A DNA stretch of 64,000 nucleotides from Patescibacteria group bacterium (GTDB taxonomy: Bacteria > Patescibacteriota > Minisyncoccia > Phycocordibacterales > SIBU01): NCBI GenBank assembly GCA_040390045.1, contig JAZJZC010000001.1, forward strand, positions 108,005 to 172,004, in the 5' to 3' direction. The notes below the pieces were generated by a model. The model ran no database searches. It saw only the letters and a list, made by a program, of their open reading frames with translations, and was not told the origin of the DNA. Below, piece after piece: positions 19,186-27,907 of this stretch. Every line of letters starts with the position of its first letter. Position 1 is the first letter of the stretch. The position numbers and the translations under genes are program-made.

Positions 19186-19698
19186 TTGATTAGAAATAAT
19201 GCGAAAGAAAGACCTATGAAAAGCGATACAATACTGATCACGAACCTTTGCTCCGTAATAATCCAAGTTCCTGGGGCAATTATGACCGCCTCGCCCCACG
19301 CCTTAGTCTTGTTTCAAAGGCCATACCAAGGAGAGCCACTGACGCGTGGAGAAAATTGCATCCGAGGATTTGGCACTGAAAAGGCAGAGTGGATTTTTGA
19401 CAGGACGCTTGCCTGCGGCTACGGTGACTATCAAATCTTCGATCCGCAAGGCGACGATTCTCACTACAAATGGATCACTCTGGCCTTCGCTGACGGGACA
19501 ACAGTAAAGTTGCAGAGGATGCAAGATGATCAGGATCTAGTAATCTTACGGCACGAGAATTATGAGCACGCAACGCGTAATGTGTTGCCGCGGCTTGTGC
19601 GAAAATTCTGGCACCAATCAGGAAACTTCCCCGTCAGGAACTGGCTCAGGTTTGCGGATCTTCCTCCGTTGACTCCGCCGATCGAATCGGCCGATTAA
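19186..19698 (+). CDS. Hypothetical protein, GC-rich.
   Basis: 170-aa ORF followed by a clean terminator. No recognisable motif. Confidence 0.4.
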   Translation: MIRNNAKERPMKSDTILITNLCSVIIQVPGAIMTASPHALVLFQRPYQGEPLTRGENCIRGFGTEKAEWIFDRTLACGYGDYQIFDPQGDDSHYKWITLAFADGTTVKLQRMQDDQDLVILRHENYEHATRNVLPRLVRKFWHQSGNFPVRNWLRFADLPPLTPPIESAD

Positions 19699-19715
19699 AG
19701 CACGATGTTCACTTC

Positions 19716-19747
19716 CGAGACACAACCTTTTGTGTCTCGTTTTATTT
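19716..19747 (+). terminator. Rho-independent terminator.
   Basis: cgagacacaa-cctttt-gtgtctcg followed by ttttatttt. Confidence 0.6.
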
Positions 19748-19790
19748 TGCAAAATCAGGAAAACTTTTAACTTGAGAAACGCTCCGGTTA

Positions 19791-19818
19791 TTGCCATTGG
19801 AGCGTTTCTCTGTATAAT
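19791..19818 (+). promoter_or_regulatory. Putative sigma70-type promoter for rpsA, overlapped by an inverted repeat.
   Basis: TTGCCA, 16-nt spacer, extended -10 TGTATAAT. The inverted repeat is gagaaacgctcc...ggagcgtttctc. Confidence 0.4.
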
Positions 19819-20052
19819 ACCCCCATGCCTGTTCGCCAGATTGCGGATGCATAATTGAGAACTAATTAAATAGCCTCCAGATGCGAGGCGCCAGCGAGGA
19901 TTGCGACCAAAATGTATTCATATACATTGCGGGAGCAAACGGAGCTGGCAACAAAGCAGATGGGGTTATTTTATTAGTTCTTGGGCATTTAATAGAAAGA
20001 GTGTGAGCTAACCTTAGACAAAGTGTCTGAGCCTCGCATTCACCATTAAAAA

Positions 20053-21204
20053 ATGAAAAAAGATACTACTGCGAAAGTAAAGGACGGTTCAAGTGGAGCA
20101 GATATGATCGCGAAAGATCACGAGGAAAAAGTAGAAGAAGAAAGCTTGATGACACGTCTCATCAAGGAAACCGGCAATCCAGCCGCCGTTGGAGATTTGG
20201 TTGAGGGTACTGTTTTAAATATCGAAAAAGCTAAAGTGTTTGTTGACCTGTCGCCATTCGGCACGGGTATTATTTATGGACGGGAATACATCAACGCCCG
20301 AGATGTTATCAAAAAAGTAAGCATCGGGGACAAGATTGCCGCCAAGGTTGTCGATGTTGAAAATGAAGATGGTTATGTTGAACTCTCTCTTCGAGAAGCT
20401 CGACAGGCGATGATTTGGAGCGAGGCCGAAGCGGCTATTCGCGACAAGAAAACTTTAGAACTTTTGGTTAAGGAAGCTAACAAAGGAGGTTTGATTTTGG
20501 AATGGCAAGGCATTGCAGGATTCCTTCCTGCGTCACAATTGAAGCCTGAACATTACCCTCGCGTGGCTGAAGGCGATAAAGATAAGATTATCGAGGAACT
20601 CCGCAAGTTGGTTGGCGAACGAATTTCTGTCTGCGTTATTTCCGCCATTCCTAAAGAAGGTAAATTGATTTTCTCTGAGAAAAATCCTGAAACAAAAGAT
20701 AAAGAAAAGATTGTCGGTAAATATACTGTTGGCGATGAAGTCGGAGGTGAAATCACGGGCATCGTAGACTTCGGCATCTTCGTGAAAATCGAAGAAGGAC
20801 TTGAGGGCTTGGTGCACATTTCTGAAATCGACTGGGCACTTGTAGAAAACCCACGACTTTTGTACAAAGTCGGCCAGAAAGTAAACGTGAAAATAATTGA
20901 AATTAAGGAAGGAAAAATTTCACTTTCAATTAAAGCGTTGAAAGCAAACCCTTGGGTTGATGCCAGCAAGAAATACAAAAAAGATGATGTGGTCAAGGCG
21001 GTTATCATCAAATTCAACAAACACGGAGCCTTGGCTTCGATTGAAGAGGGTGTCGCCGGACTTGTTCACATTTCTGAATTTGGAACCGAAGAAAAATTGC
21101 GCGCCAATCTAGAACTCGGCAAAACCTACTCTTTCAAAATCACCTTCTTTGATGCGAAGGAGCAGAAGATGGCGCTGTCGTTTGCAGGTGAAAAGAAAGC
21201 CTAG
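20053..21204 (+). CDS. rpsA: 30S ribosomal protein S1 (four S1 domains).
   Basis: Repeated S1 OB-fold segments (GDLVEGTV..., GDKIAAKVVDV..., GEITGIVDFGIFVKI..., VKAVIIKFNKHGALASI...). Confidence 0.8.
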   Translation: MKKDTTAKVKDGSSGADMIAKDHEEKVEEESLMTRLIKETGNPAAVGDLVEGTVLNIEKAKVFVDLSPFGTGIIYGREYINARDVIKKVSIGDKIAAKVVDVENEDGYVELSLREARQAMIWSEAEAAIRDKKTLELLVKEANKGGLILEWQGIAGFLPASQLKPEHYPRVAEGDKDKIIEELRKLVGERISVCVISAIPKEGKLIFSEKNPETKDKEKIVGKYTVGDEVGGEITGIVDFGIFVKIEEGLEGLVHISEIDWALVENPRLLYKVGQKVNVKIIEIKEGKISLSIKALKANPWVDASKKYKKDDVVKAVIIKFNKHGALASIEEGVAGLVHISEFGTEEKLRANLELGKTYSFKITFFDAKEQKMALSFAGEKKA

Positions 21205-21233
21205 AGCTGAAAAAAAATTTTTTGATTAAACTG

Positions 21234-21268
21234 AAAACTCCGCCGCGACTACGTCGCGGCGGAGTTTT
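21234..21268 (+). terminator. Rho-independent terminator after rpsA.
   Basis: ctccgccgcgac-tac-gtcgcggcggag followed by tttt. Confidence 0.7.
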
Positions 21269-21317
21269 CTCTACTTATTTGCTTTTAATTTCGTTCTAGT
21301 TATTGTCATTAAAATAT

Positions 21318-21339
21318 TTTGTACGATATATCGTACAAA
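21318..21339. promoter_or_regulatory. Perfect 22-bp palindrome TTTGTACGATATATCGTACAAA, copy 1. It overlaps the putative promoter of the regulator gene.
   Basis: Exact palindrome. TTGTCA lies 17 nt upstream of the central ATATAT. Confidence 0.6.
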
Positions 21340-21363
21340 ATATTGTTGTGATACAATAACAAC

Positions 21364-21765
21364 ATGCCACATGTATCCAAACACCTTGTAGCTGAAAAGG
21401 TACTCCGCGAACTAGAGGAGCACATTATCGCTGTCTTGAGTGACACAGGTTTGAAAGCCAGAAACAAAATCTTCAAAGAAATACTAACAAAGACAGAGAG
21501 ACTGATGGTTGCGAAACGTCTGGCAATGATTTACTTGATACAGAAAGGGAGGGCGACGCACGAGATCAGCGAGATGTTGAAGGTTAGTCCTTCAACTGTA
21601 GCTCGTTTTGAGAACCAACTTGAGCAAAAGTGTTTCATACACACCGCTTCGTGGGTAAAAAATCACGTTGCCATGAATCGCGTTTTTAAACTTATTTTTA
21701 ACTTAGCTGCCGTTCCGTTTGAAGCCCAGAAAAAATCTCTCGGCCAAATGCTTGATGAAAACTAA
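21364..21765 (+). CDS. TrpR/YerC-like HTH transcriptional regulator.
   Basis: LMVAKRLAMIYLIQKGRATHEISEMLKVSPSTVARF helix-turn-helix. Small (133 aa). Confidence 0.5.
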   Translation: MPHVSKHLVAEKVLRELEEHIIAVLSDTGLKARNKIFKEILTKTERLMVAKRLAMIYLIQKGRATHEISEMLKVSPSTVARFENQLEQKCFIHTASWVKNHVAMNRVFKLIFNLAAVPFEAQKKSLGQMLDEN

Positions 21766-21788
21766 TTATTGAACATGTCGGTTCACTA

Positions 21789-21810
21789 TTTGTACGATAT
21801 ATCGTACAAA
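21789..21810. promoter_or_regulatory. 22-bp palindrome, copy 2.
   Basis: Exact TTTGTACGATATATCGTACAAA. Confidence 0.6.
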
Positions 21811-21870
21811 ATCAATTTGACACCTTGAATTGTTCACGAAAGAAGAGACAAAAAAAACGGCTCTGCCCAA

Positions 21871-21892
21871 TTTGTACGATATATCGTACAAA
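21871..21892. promoter_or_regulatory. 22-bp palindrome, copy 3.
   Basis: Exact copy, embedded in a roughly 60-bp direct repeat shared with copy 4. Confidence 0.6.
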
Positions 21893-21902
21893 GTAGAGAT
21901 TT

Positions 21903-22532
21903 TTATAGAATAATTTCGTCACCTTTTCCGATCAATTCCACCTTCCCATCTCGCATCAAAATCCCTTGCTCATCGGTAAGAATTTTTACCGGAAGTGGGG
22001 TTTGAGAAATTTTTTCCTTCAAAATCTGATCATACTCTGGTTTGTAATGAACCGTCATAAGAAATGGAACCAAACTCATGGCGGTCAAATCGGTAAGATT
22101 GTAATGACTGTATTTATCCTGATGTTTCCAAAGCGCCATTTCTATTGTTGGACAGGCAACATAACTGCCGGCACTTGCTCCCATGTAAATTAAACCTTTC
22201 GGCAACAACTCTTTTATAATTTTTTCAAAACCACTCTGCCTAATTGACTTCATGAGTAAAAACGTATTACCACCTTCAACGTACACTAATTCAGTTTTTT
22301 CTAAAACTTTTTTTAAATCATCCCCTGTCGTGTGATCCAAATCTATTTCCGTGCAATCATAGTTGTGTTCTTTGAAAAACTTTCGATTCCTTTCAAAGTA
22401 GGCTGTATCAGAAACTCCTTTCGAAGCAGTTGTAATGTGAACCATCTTGAAAGTATTGAAAGGCCGCCCCAAAACTTCAGGAGGGTTGTTCATCAAAAAC
22501 CGAGCGGTGGAAAGCAATAAAATTGTACTCAT
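21903..22532 (-). CDS. Peptidase S51 (dipeptidase E-like).
   Basis: VYVEGGNTFLL motif and a Ser-nucleophile region GASAGS. Confidence 0.65.
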   Translation of the reverse strand: MSTILLLSTARFLMNNPPEVLGRPFNTFKMVHITTASKGVSDTAYFERNRKFFKEHNYDCTEIDLDHTTGDDLKKVLEKTELVYVEGGNTFLLMKSIRQSGFEKIIKELLPKGLIYMGASAGSYVACPTIEMALWKHQDKYSHYNLTDLTAMSLVPFLMTVHYKPEYDQILKEKISQTPLPVKILTDEQGILMRDGKVELIGKGDEIIL

Positions 22533-22599
22533 GTTTTTAAATTCTAGCTGGCTGTTTCATTACTCAAGAAAGAAGACGTACCAAAACAACCCTAGCCAA

Positions 22600-22621
22600 T
22601 TTGTACGATATATCGTACAAA
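22600..22621. promoter_or_regulatory. 22-bp palindrome, copy 4.
   Basis: Exact copy. Confidence 0.6.
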
Positions 22622-22631
22622 TTGCAAATAC

Positions 22632-23297
22632 TTATAATTTACTTTGATTGAAAATAAGATACTTCCCTTCACTAACAACCTCAACTTCCTCATCAACAAC
22701 TTTAAGTGCGGACTCATCGTCAAGAGCATATATTGGTTCTTTAATTTTTTCTGCAACCTTAGTGAGATTTTCTTTTGTATTCTTTGGTGAATCTGGAGAA
22801 TGTAAATGAGGGTAAAAATAAAAAGGAACCAAACCAAGTGCGTCATTGTCATCATACCCAGTAAGTTCTTTATAGACCGAACGTTTGTTACTCATCAGAA
22901 GTGTTGGTGCAGTAACAATACTGCCGGCGCTTATCCCAGCATATACCTTAGTTTTTAAGAGTTCAGGCAAAAGCTCCTTCAGGCCAGATTTTTTCATCCA
23001 ATACATCAAGTGAGCTGAAGTTCCTCCTGAGAAAAACAAAACATTAGCCTTCTCAAGTTTTGGTAACCAAATATCTTGAGGTAATGCAGAAATATCTACA
23101 ATATCAATAAATTTGAGACCAAGATTTTTGAGATTGGATAAATCATCTATAAACCAACTTTTGTCGCCCCTACTGACGTTCATTGCAGTAGGAATAAAAG
23201 CGAGGTGAATCTCACTCGCTGGCTTTCCGACTAAATCAATAAAGGCCTCGGCAATCGACTTGTTGCTAATACCGTTTGAAGTAAGAAATAATTTCAT
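22632..23297 (-). CDS. Peptidase S51 (dipeptidase E-like) paralog.
   Basis: FFSGGTSAHLMYWM and GISAGS. Tandem paralog of 21903..22532. Confidence 0.65.
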   Translation of the reverse strand: MKLFLTSNGISNKSIAEAFIDLVGKPASEIHLAFIPTAMNVSRGDKSWFIDDLSNLKNLGLKFIDIVDISALPQDIWLPKLEKANVLFFSGGTSAHLMYWMKKSGLKELLPELLKTKVYAGISAGSIVTAPTLLMSNKRSVYKELTGYDDNDALGLVPFYFYPHLHSPDSPKNTKENLTKVAEKIKEPIYALDDESALKVVDEEVEVVSEGKYLIFNQSKL

Positions 23298-23331
23298 GTT
23301 TTATTAAAAGCTCACAGCTCTCAGCTTAAAG

Positions 23332-23961
23332 CTATAAGCCACTTTGTTGACTCATCGCCATTTCGCGACCGTCGACAACAAGCGTATGCAATGATTCGTT
23401 TAGGGTTTTTGAAAGTTTTTTTAGAGTGGCAAGCTGATCAGGAGAAAATTTTCCGAGAATGTGTTTATCGACGGCTTCTTCACCCTTTGGTTTCTTGAGG
23501 TCGCCTTTGGGAGTGACCGGAGAAATACCGACCCGAACGCGGACAAAACTTTCAGTTTTAATTGCTTTCATAATTGACTCAACTCCCCTGTGGCCCCCAG
23601 AACTTTTGTTGAAAGAAATTTTCACTTTTCCAAACGGAATATCTAAGTCATCATGAATGACTGCCAAGTTGACCGCTTCAACCATTTTTTGTTTTCCCTT
23701 GCCGGTGGTTTTAAATTTTAAATCCTTGCACTTCTTCACCGCGTCACCTGACTTGTTCATGAAGGTTTCAGGTTCGATGAGCATGACAGCTGATGTACCG
23801 ACTTTGCCAGAAGAAATCAAAGCTTTGGTTTTAAAATCAGTTTCCCAATCGGACAAATTTTCAGCCACGCGAAAAGCCTCGAGAAAAATTCTTCCAGTGT
23901 TGTGACGGGTATTTTCGTATTCTGCACCGGGATTTCCGAGGCCGACAATGATGTAAGACAT
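23332..23961 (-). CDS. pth: Peptidyl-tRNA hydrolase.
   Basis: MSYIIVGLGNPGAEYENTRHNTGRIF. The track's 60-nt N-terminal extension lies in an intergenic heptad repeat. Confidence 0.85.
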   Translation of the reverse strand: MSYIIVGLGNPGAEYENTRHNTGRIFLEAFRVAENLSDWETDFKTKALISSGKVGTSAVMLIEPETFMNKSGDAVKKCKDLKFKTTGKGKQKMVEAVNLAVIHDDLDIPFGKVKISFNKSSGGHRGVESIMKAIKTESFVRVRVGISPVTPKGDLKKPKGEEAVDKHILGKFSPDQLATLKKLSKTLNESLHTLVVDGREMAMSQQSGL

Positions 23962-24002
23962 GGAAACAAGTATAGAGTATGGGGTATAAAGTATCAAGCG
24001 GG

Positions 24003-24112
24003 AAGACAGATCACGGAACACGGACCACAGAACATTAAAGCCGGCGCACTTCGCGCGCCGGCCTCTGTTCCCTCTTTTTTATGTTCCATGTTCTATGTTT
24101 CGTGTTCTGTGA
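24003..24112. repeat. Heptad-repeat inverted-arm element (CAYGGAA type) enclosing a GC hairpin terminator.
   Basis: TCACGGAA CACGGAC CACAGAA CAT at 24011-24035. Hairpin gccggcgc-acttcgc-gcgccggc followed by a T-run. Inverted arm atgttccatgttctatgtttcgtgttctgtga at 24081-24112. Confidence 0.65.
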
Positions 24113-25802
24113 GATATTCGGGCGTATTCCCCGCCATCCATTCAAAAAGTTGTCGCATCACATACAAAGCCCCAATCGTATTTTCGTATGGACCTTTTTC
24201 CATAATGGCAGCAAAAGCATATCGAGGGTGATCGTATGGGAAAAAACCCACAACCCATGAATTCACCAATTTTTTAGTTGTTCCAAGTTCAGCGGTTCCA
24301 GTTTTTGCGGCAAGCTCGACTTGTGAAATGTTCAAACCTTTTGAGGTTCCGACAAGTACTGATTGTCGCATGCCCTCCCGAACCACTTGCATTTGATCTT
24401 CAGTAAATGGTAACACTTCGGCAGCCTTATCTGCTTCAACCTTGCTTGTTTGCAACAAAGTTGGACTTAAAAGTTTTCCTCCGTTGACCAAACTGGCAAC
24501 TGCCCGAACCACTTGCGTCGGTGTCACCTGAAAACCATACTGACCAATCGCGGTGTGATACGTGTCTCCAATTCTCCAATCTTCTCCATTAAAATTTTCC
24601 TTTTTCCATTCCGGACTAGGAATCGTTCCATTTTTTTCCAAAAGCGGATTCCCGGGCAAGGTTTCTCCGAAACCAAAAAGTCGCATGTATTTTTCAATTT
24701 TGGCGATACCGAGACCAATCTGATTTTCAAATCCCCCGCCGATTTCGTAAAAATAAACGTCAGACGAAACCGCCAAGGCATCTCTCATGGCAACATACCC
24801 TTGCGGCCGCCAATCGTTAAACACACTTTTTTTAGTTGGATCAAATGGATTGGGAATAGAAATTGAACCGGTACTTAAAATAGTTTTGTTGGGATCAATA
24901 ATATTTTCTTTCAGCGCCGCGAGCGCCACAAACGGCTTGACGATCGAGCCTGGCGTGTACAAACCGTCAGTCACCCGATTAAGAAAAGGCATATTCTTAC
25001 TTTTGAAAAAATCGTTTATCTCTTTGGTGTTTGTGCGATCAGACATCACATTAGAATCATATTCAGGATAACTTACAGACGTTAAAATTTCGCCAGTGGT
25101 AACATCCATAATCACTCCCGCTCCACCTTGAAAGCCGATGCTATCCGCCGAGGCTTTCATAAGATCGTATAGTTTCTCACCGATTCTCACATCAATTGAA
25201 AGGTTGAGCGTCTGACCGTTTTCTGGAGGTTCGATCACGCTTTCAGTTTCAATTTTTCCCAGCGCGTTGGTTTCAATAATTTTCAGTCCCGGTTTTCCAG
25301 AAATTTGGCTTTCGTACATTTTCTCAACACCATCCATTCCTTCATAATGACCTTGGTAATAAAAACCGTTGGCATCTTTAGATGGATAGCGAATGTACCC
25401 TAGAATATGAGCGAGACCGTCAATCGAAGCGTATTTTCTTTGGGAATATTCGTTGGTTGTACTGGCTGAGACATTTGAGATTAAAGAAACCTTATTGCGG
25501 TCGTACACCACGCCACGTTCAGGGAAAATGGTAGTTTGACGCAAACTATTTTGTTCACTTTTCAATGCGTACTGTTTGCCCTGGGCCACTTGCAACATAG
25601 AAATTTTTCCGGAAAAAACCAAAAAAATAATCAAAAAAAGTATTCCCGCGCCAATAATGGTCTTTTTTGAAATTGGTTTTTCCAGGCGCCCTTCAAATTG
25701 ACTCCGATCGAAATCGGGCAAATTTTTGGCATCAAGCAAAACCTCATCAGGATCGATTTCCCTATTCCAATTTTTTTGATGAAGGTTTTTTTTAAATACC
25801 AT
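24093..25802 (-). CDS. mrdA: Penicillin-binding protein 2 (elongasome transpeptidase).
   Basis: SIVKP (SxxK), SSD (SxN) and KTG motifs. N-terminal TM segment. Lies in the mreBCD context. Confidence 0.8.
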   Translation of the reverse strand: MVFKKNLHQKNWNREIDPDEVLLDAKNLPDFDRSQFEGRLEKPISKKTIIGAGILFLIIFLVFSGKISMLQVAQGKQYALKSEQNSLRQTTIFPERGVVYDRNKVSLISNVSASTTNEYSQRKYASIDGLAHILGYIRYPSKDANGFYYQGHYEGMDGVEKMYESQISGKPGLKIIETNALGKIETESVIEPPENGQTLNLSIDVRIGEKLYDLMKASADSIGFQGGAGVIMDVTTGEILTSVSYPEYDSNVMSDRTNTKEINDFFKSKNMPFLNRVTDGLYTPGSIVKPFVALAALKENIIDPNKTILSTGSISIPNPFDPTKKSVFNDWRPQGYVAMRDALAVSSDVYFYEIGGGFENQIGLGIAKIEKYMRLFGFGETLPGNPLLEKNGTIPSPEWKKENFNGEDWRIGDTYHTAIGQYGFQVTPTQVVRAVASLVNGGKLLSPTLLQTSKVEADKAAEVLPFTEDQMQVVREGMRQSVLVGTSKGLNISQVELAAKTGTAELGTTKKLVNSWVVGFFPYDHPRYAFAAIMEKGPYENTIGALYVMRQLFEWMAGNTPEYLTEHET

Positions 25803-26055
25803 AAAATTTTAGATGTCTGCGCAAAAAAGCTTTGAGAATAAAAATAGCTGACATAGAAACCGAATAGAGCACAGGGGTGGGAAGAAACCGAGTGGGGACG
25901 CCGTAGAGCACATCAACAATGACTCCTAATATAATACATTCGTAAAAATTATCAAAAATAAACAAACAGATAATCGCTACCAAAAAAACCAGCCAGACGG
26001 GCAGTGCAAAAACGGCGGCCAAAAGAATGATGTCCATTAGAATTCTTAGTACCAT
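25792..26055 (-). CDS. mreD: Rod shape-determining protein MreD-like (short).
   Basis: 87-aa membrane protein with three TM segments between mreC and mrdA. Assigned by position. Confidence 0.4.
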   Translation of the reverse strand: MVLRILMDIILLAAVFALPVWLVFLVAIICLFIFDNFYECIILGVIVDVLYGVPTRFLPTPVLYSVSMSAIFILKAFLRRHLKFYGI

Positions 26056-26059
26056 AGAA

Positions 26060-26926
26060 TTATTCTTCGGAGGAAAGTATCAAAACCTGATCAACGATGT
26101 TCAAGTTGACCGGTAAGGTAAAAAGGATAGATTGAAAGGCGCTCGTTTCTGTCTGCTCAACATCTCCAACAACGCCGTAAAATTTCGGGTAGAGGCCCGT
26201 GGATTTTATCACGTCTCCCGGCTTAACCAGAATTTCTTTTGGGAGTTTAATAGAAAAATTTCCGGCTCCTCTGCCGAGCGCTTCGGTATCAACACCACTT
26301 GTACCGACCCTCACTAACACTGACTCACCGAAGGACGAAAACAAAGAAATTTTTGCATAGCGATTAAACACCTCTTCCACTGTACCAATAGCAAAGTCTT
26401 GAACTAAAACCAAATCGCCTTTTTTCACGCCATCATTTTTTCCCGCGTCAACCACAAAAGAATCATACGCAGTATGGCCGGGACGACTAAGAACGGAGGC
26501 TAAAACTGATTTCTCGCCGTTGGTCCTCCCGAGCAAAGTCTTGAGCGTGTCATTTTCTCTTTTGTAATCATCGAGGGTCGTAAGCGCCACGTTTGCAATA
26601 CTGAGCTTTAAAAGAAGCGCGGCATTTTCAGATTCCAGTTTCGCCTTATCATCAAACATAGACCACACAGCGGCAAAACTACCTTTGACAAATTCACTTG
26701 AATTCCAAACAGGCGTTGCAACCCCGTACAACGTTTGTGTCAAAAAGTTCGGAAGGAAAAAATAAAAAATTCCGGCCAGTCCAAGAACTAAAACCACGCC
26801 AACAATAGACTTCCAAGCGCTACTATTTCTGTGGTTATTTTTTTGGAGGTAATTCATCTTCATTCTGAAGCAACACTTCACTATACCGATCGAGATCTTC
26901 GAGAATAATTCCAGCGCCACGAGCAA
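26060..26926 (-). CDS. mreC: Rod shape-determining protein MreC.
   Basis: N-terminal TM segment, coiled-coil, then a beta-rich C-terminal domain. Lies downstream of mreB. The true start is probably the MKMNYLQ Met near 26863. Confidence 0.55.
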   Translation of the reverse strand: MLVALELFSKISIGIVKCCFRMKMNYLQKNNHRNSSAWKSIVGVVLVLGLAGIFYFFLPNFLTQTLYGVATPVWNSSEFVKGSFAAVWSMFDDKAKLESENAALLLKLSIANVALTTLDDYKRENDTLKTLLGRTNGEKSVLASVLSRPGHTAYDSFVVDAGKNDGVKKGDLVLVQDFAIGTVEEVFNRYAKISLFSSFGESVLVRVGTSGVDTEALGRGAGNFSIKLPKEILVKPGDVIKSTGLYPKFYGVVGDVEQTETSAFQSILFTLPVNLNIVDQVLILSSEE

Positions 26927-27899
26927 CGGCAGTCAAAGGGTCTTCGGCGATGTGTACGGGAATTTTTAAAGAATCGACCAACAGTTCATCAAAACCTTTG
27001 AGGAGCGCTCCACCTCCGACAAGATAGGCGCCGCGATGCATGATGTCTGCCACAATTTCAGGCGGCGTGGTTTCAAGAACTTCTTTAACGGACTCAACGA
27101 GATTATCGACCGATTGCGCAATCGCCTCACGAACATCAGAATCGGTCACAATCACTTCGCGTGGCAATCCGGTAATCAAATCGCGCCCTCGGATTGAAGC
27201 TTCCATTGGAGAGCCGCTGGGCAAGACAGAACCAATGGCAATTTTAATACTCTCAGCGGTTTTCTCCCCAATTAAAATTTTAAATTCGCCTCGAATATAG
27301 GAAATAATATCTTCATTCAATCGATCGCCGGCAATTTTCAAACTTTTTGAACGCACAATTCCTCCGAGAGAAATAACGGCAATGTCTGACGTACCTCCAC
27401 CGATATCAATAATCATATTTCCAACCGGTTCCTGCACGGGAAGACGAATACCGATGGCGGCGGCCATCGGTTCTTCTACGATATGGACTTCGCGCGCGCC
27501 GTTATTTTTGGTAGCGTCGCGTACCGCTCGGGTTTCCACATTTGTAATTCCTGAAGGAACTCCAACAACCACTCGCGGTCCCAAAAGTTTTCTAGAATTA
27601 GCTTCAGCTTTTTTTATCAAGTACGAAATCATTTCTTCAGTCACTTCAAAATCTGAAATTACACCGCCAACAAGCGGTTTGACCGCACTAATGTGCGGCG
27701 GCGTGCGTCCCAACATCGATTTAGCGTGAATACCAACGGCCACCACTTGACCAGTTTTATTATTAACGGCAACAACAGAAGGTTCGTTGATAATAATTCC
27801 CTGTCCGCGCATGTAGACCAGTGTATTAGCCGTACCGAGATCAATCCCGATGTCATTCGACAAAAAAGTATACATTTTTTCTAGGTGTTTGTTTCTCAT
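26835..27899 (-). CDS. mreB: Rod shape-determining protein MreB.
   Basis: IGIDLGTANTLVY, DIGGGTSD and LVGGGALLKG actin-fold motifs. Confidence 0.85.
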   Translation of the reverse strand: MRNKHLEKMYTFLSNDIGIDLGTANTLVYMRGQGIIINEPSVVAVNNKTGQVVAVGIHAKSMLGRTPPHISAVKPLVGGVISDFEVTEEMISYLIKKAEANSRKLLGPRVVVGVPSGITNVETRAVRDATKNNGAREVHIVEEPMAAAIGIRLPVQEPVGNMIIDIGGGTSDIAVISLGGIVRSKSLKIAGDRLNEDIISYIRGEFKILIGEKTAESIKIAIGSVLPSGSPMEASIRGRDLITGLPREVIVTDSDVREAIAQSVDNLVESVKEVLETTPPEIVADIMHRGAYLVGGGALLKGFDELLVDSLKIPVHIAEDPLTAVARGAGIILEDLDRYSEVLLQNEDELPPKK

Positions 27900-27907
27900 G
27901 TGGCTTC

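Noticed and set aside
20533-21020. Minus-strand ORFs 20533..20817 and 20553..21020 inside rpsA.
   Set aside because: They are shadow ORFs opposite a clearly identified S1 gene.
23962-24021. 20-codon N-terminal extension of pth in the ORF track. Similar extensions occur on rseP, the epimerase, the argA-like gene and the 6985 pilin-like gene.
   Set aside because: The extensions run into intergenic repeat elements. Canonical N-termini (MSYIIVGLGNPG and similar) start at internal Met codons. The track apparently uses the most upstream start, including GTG, written as M.
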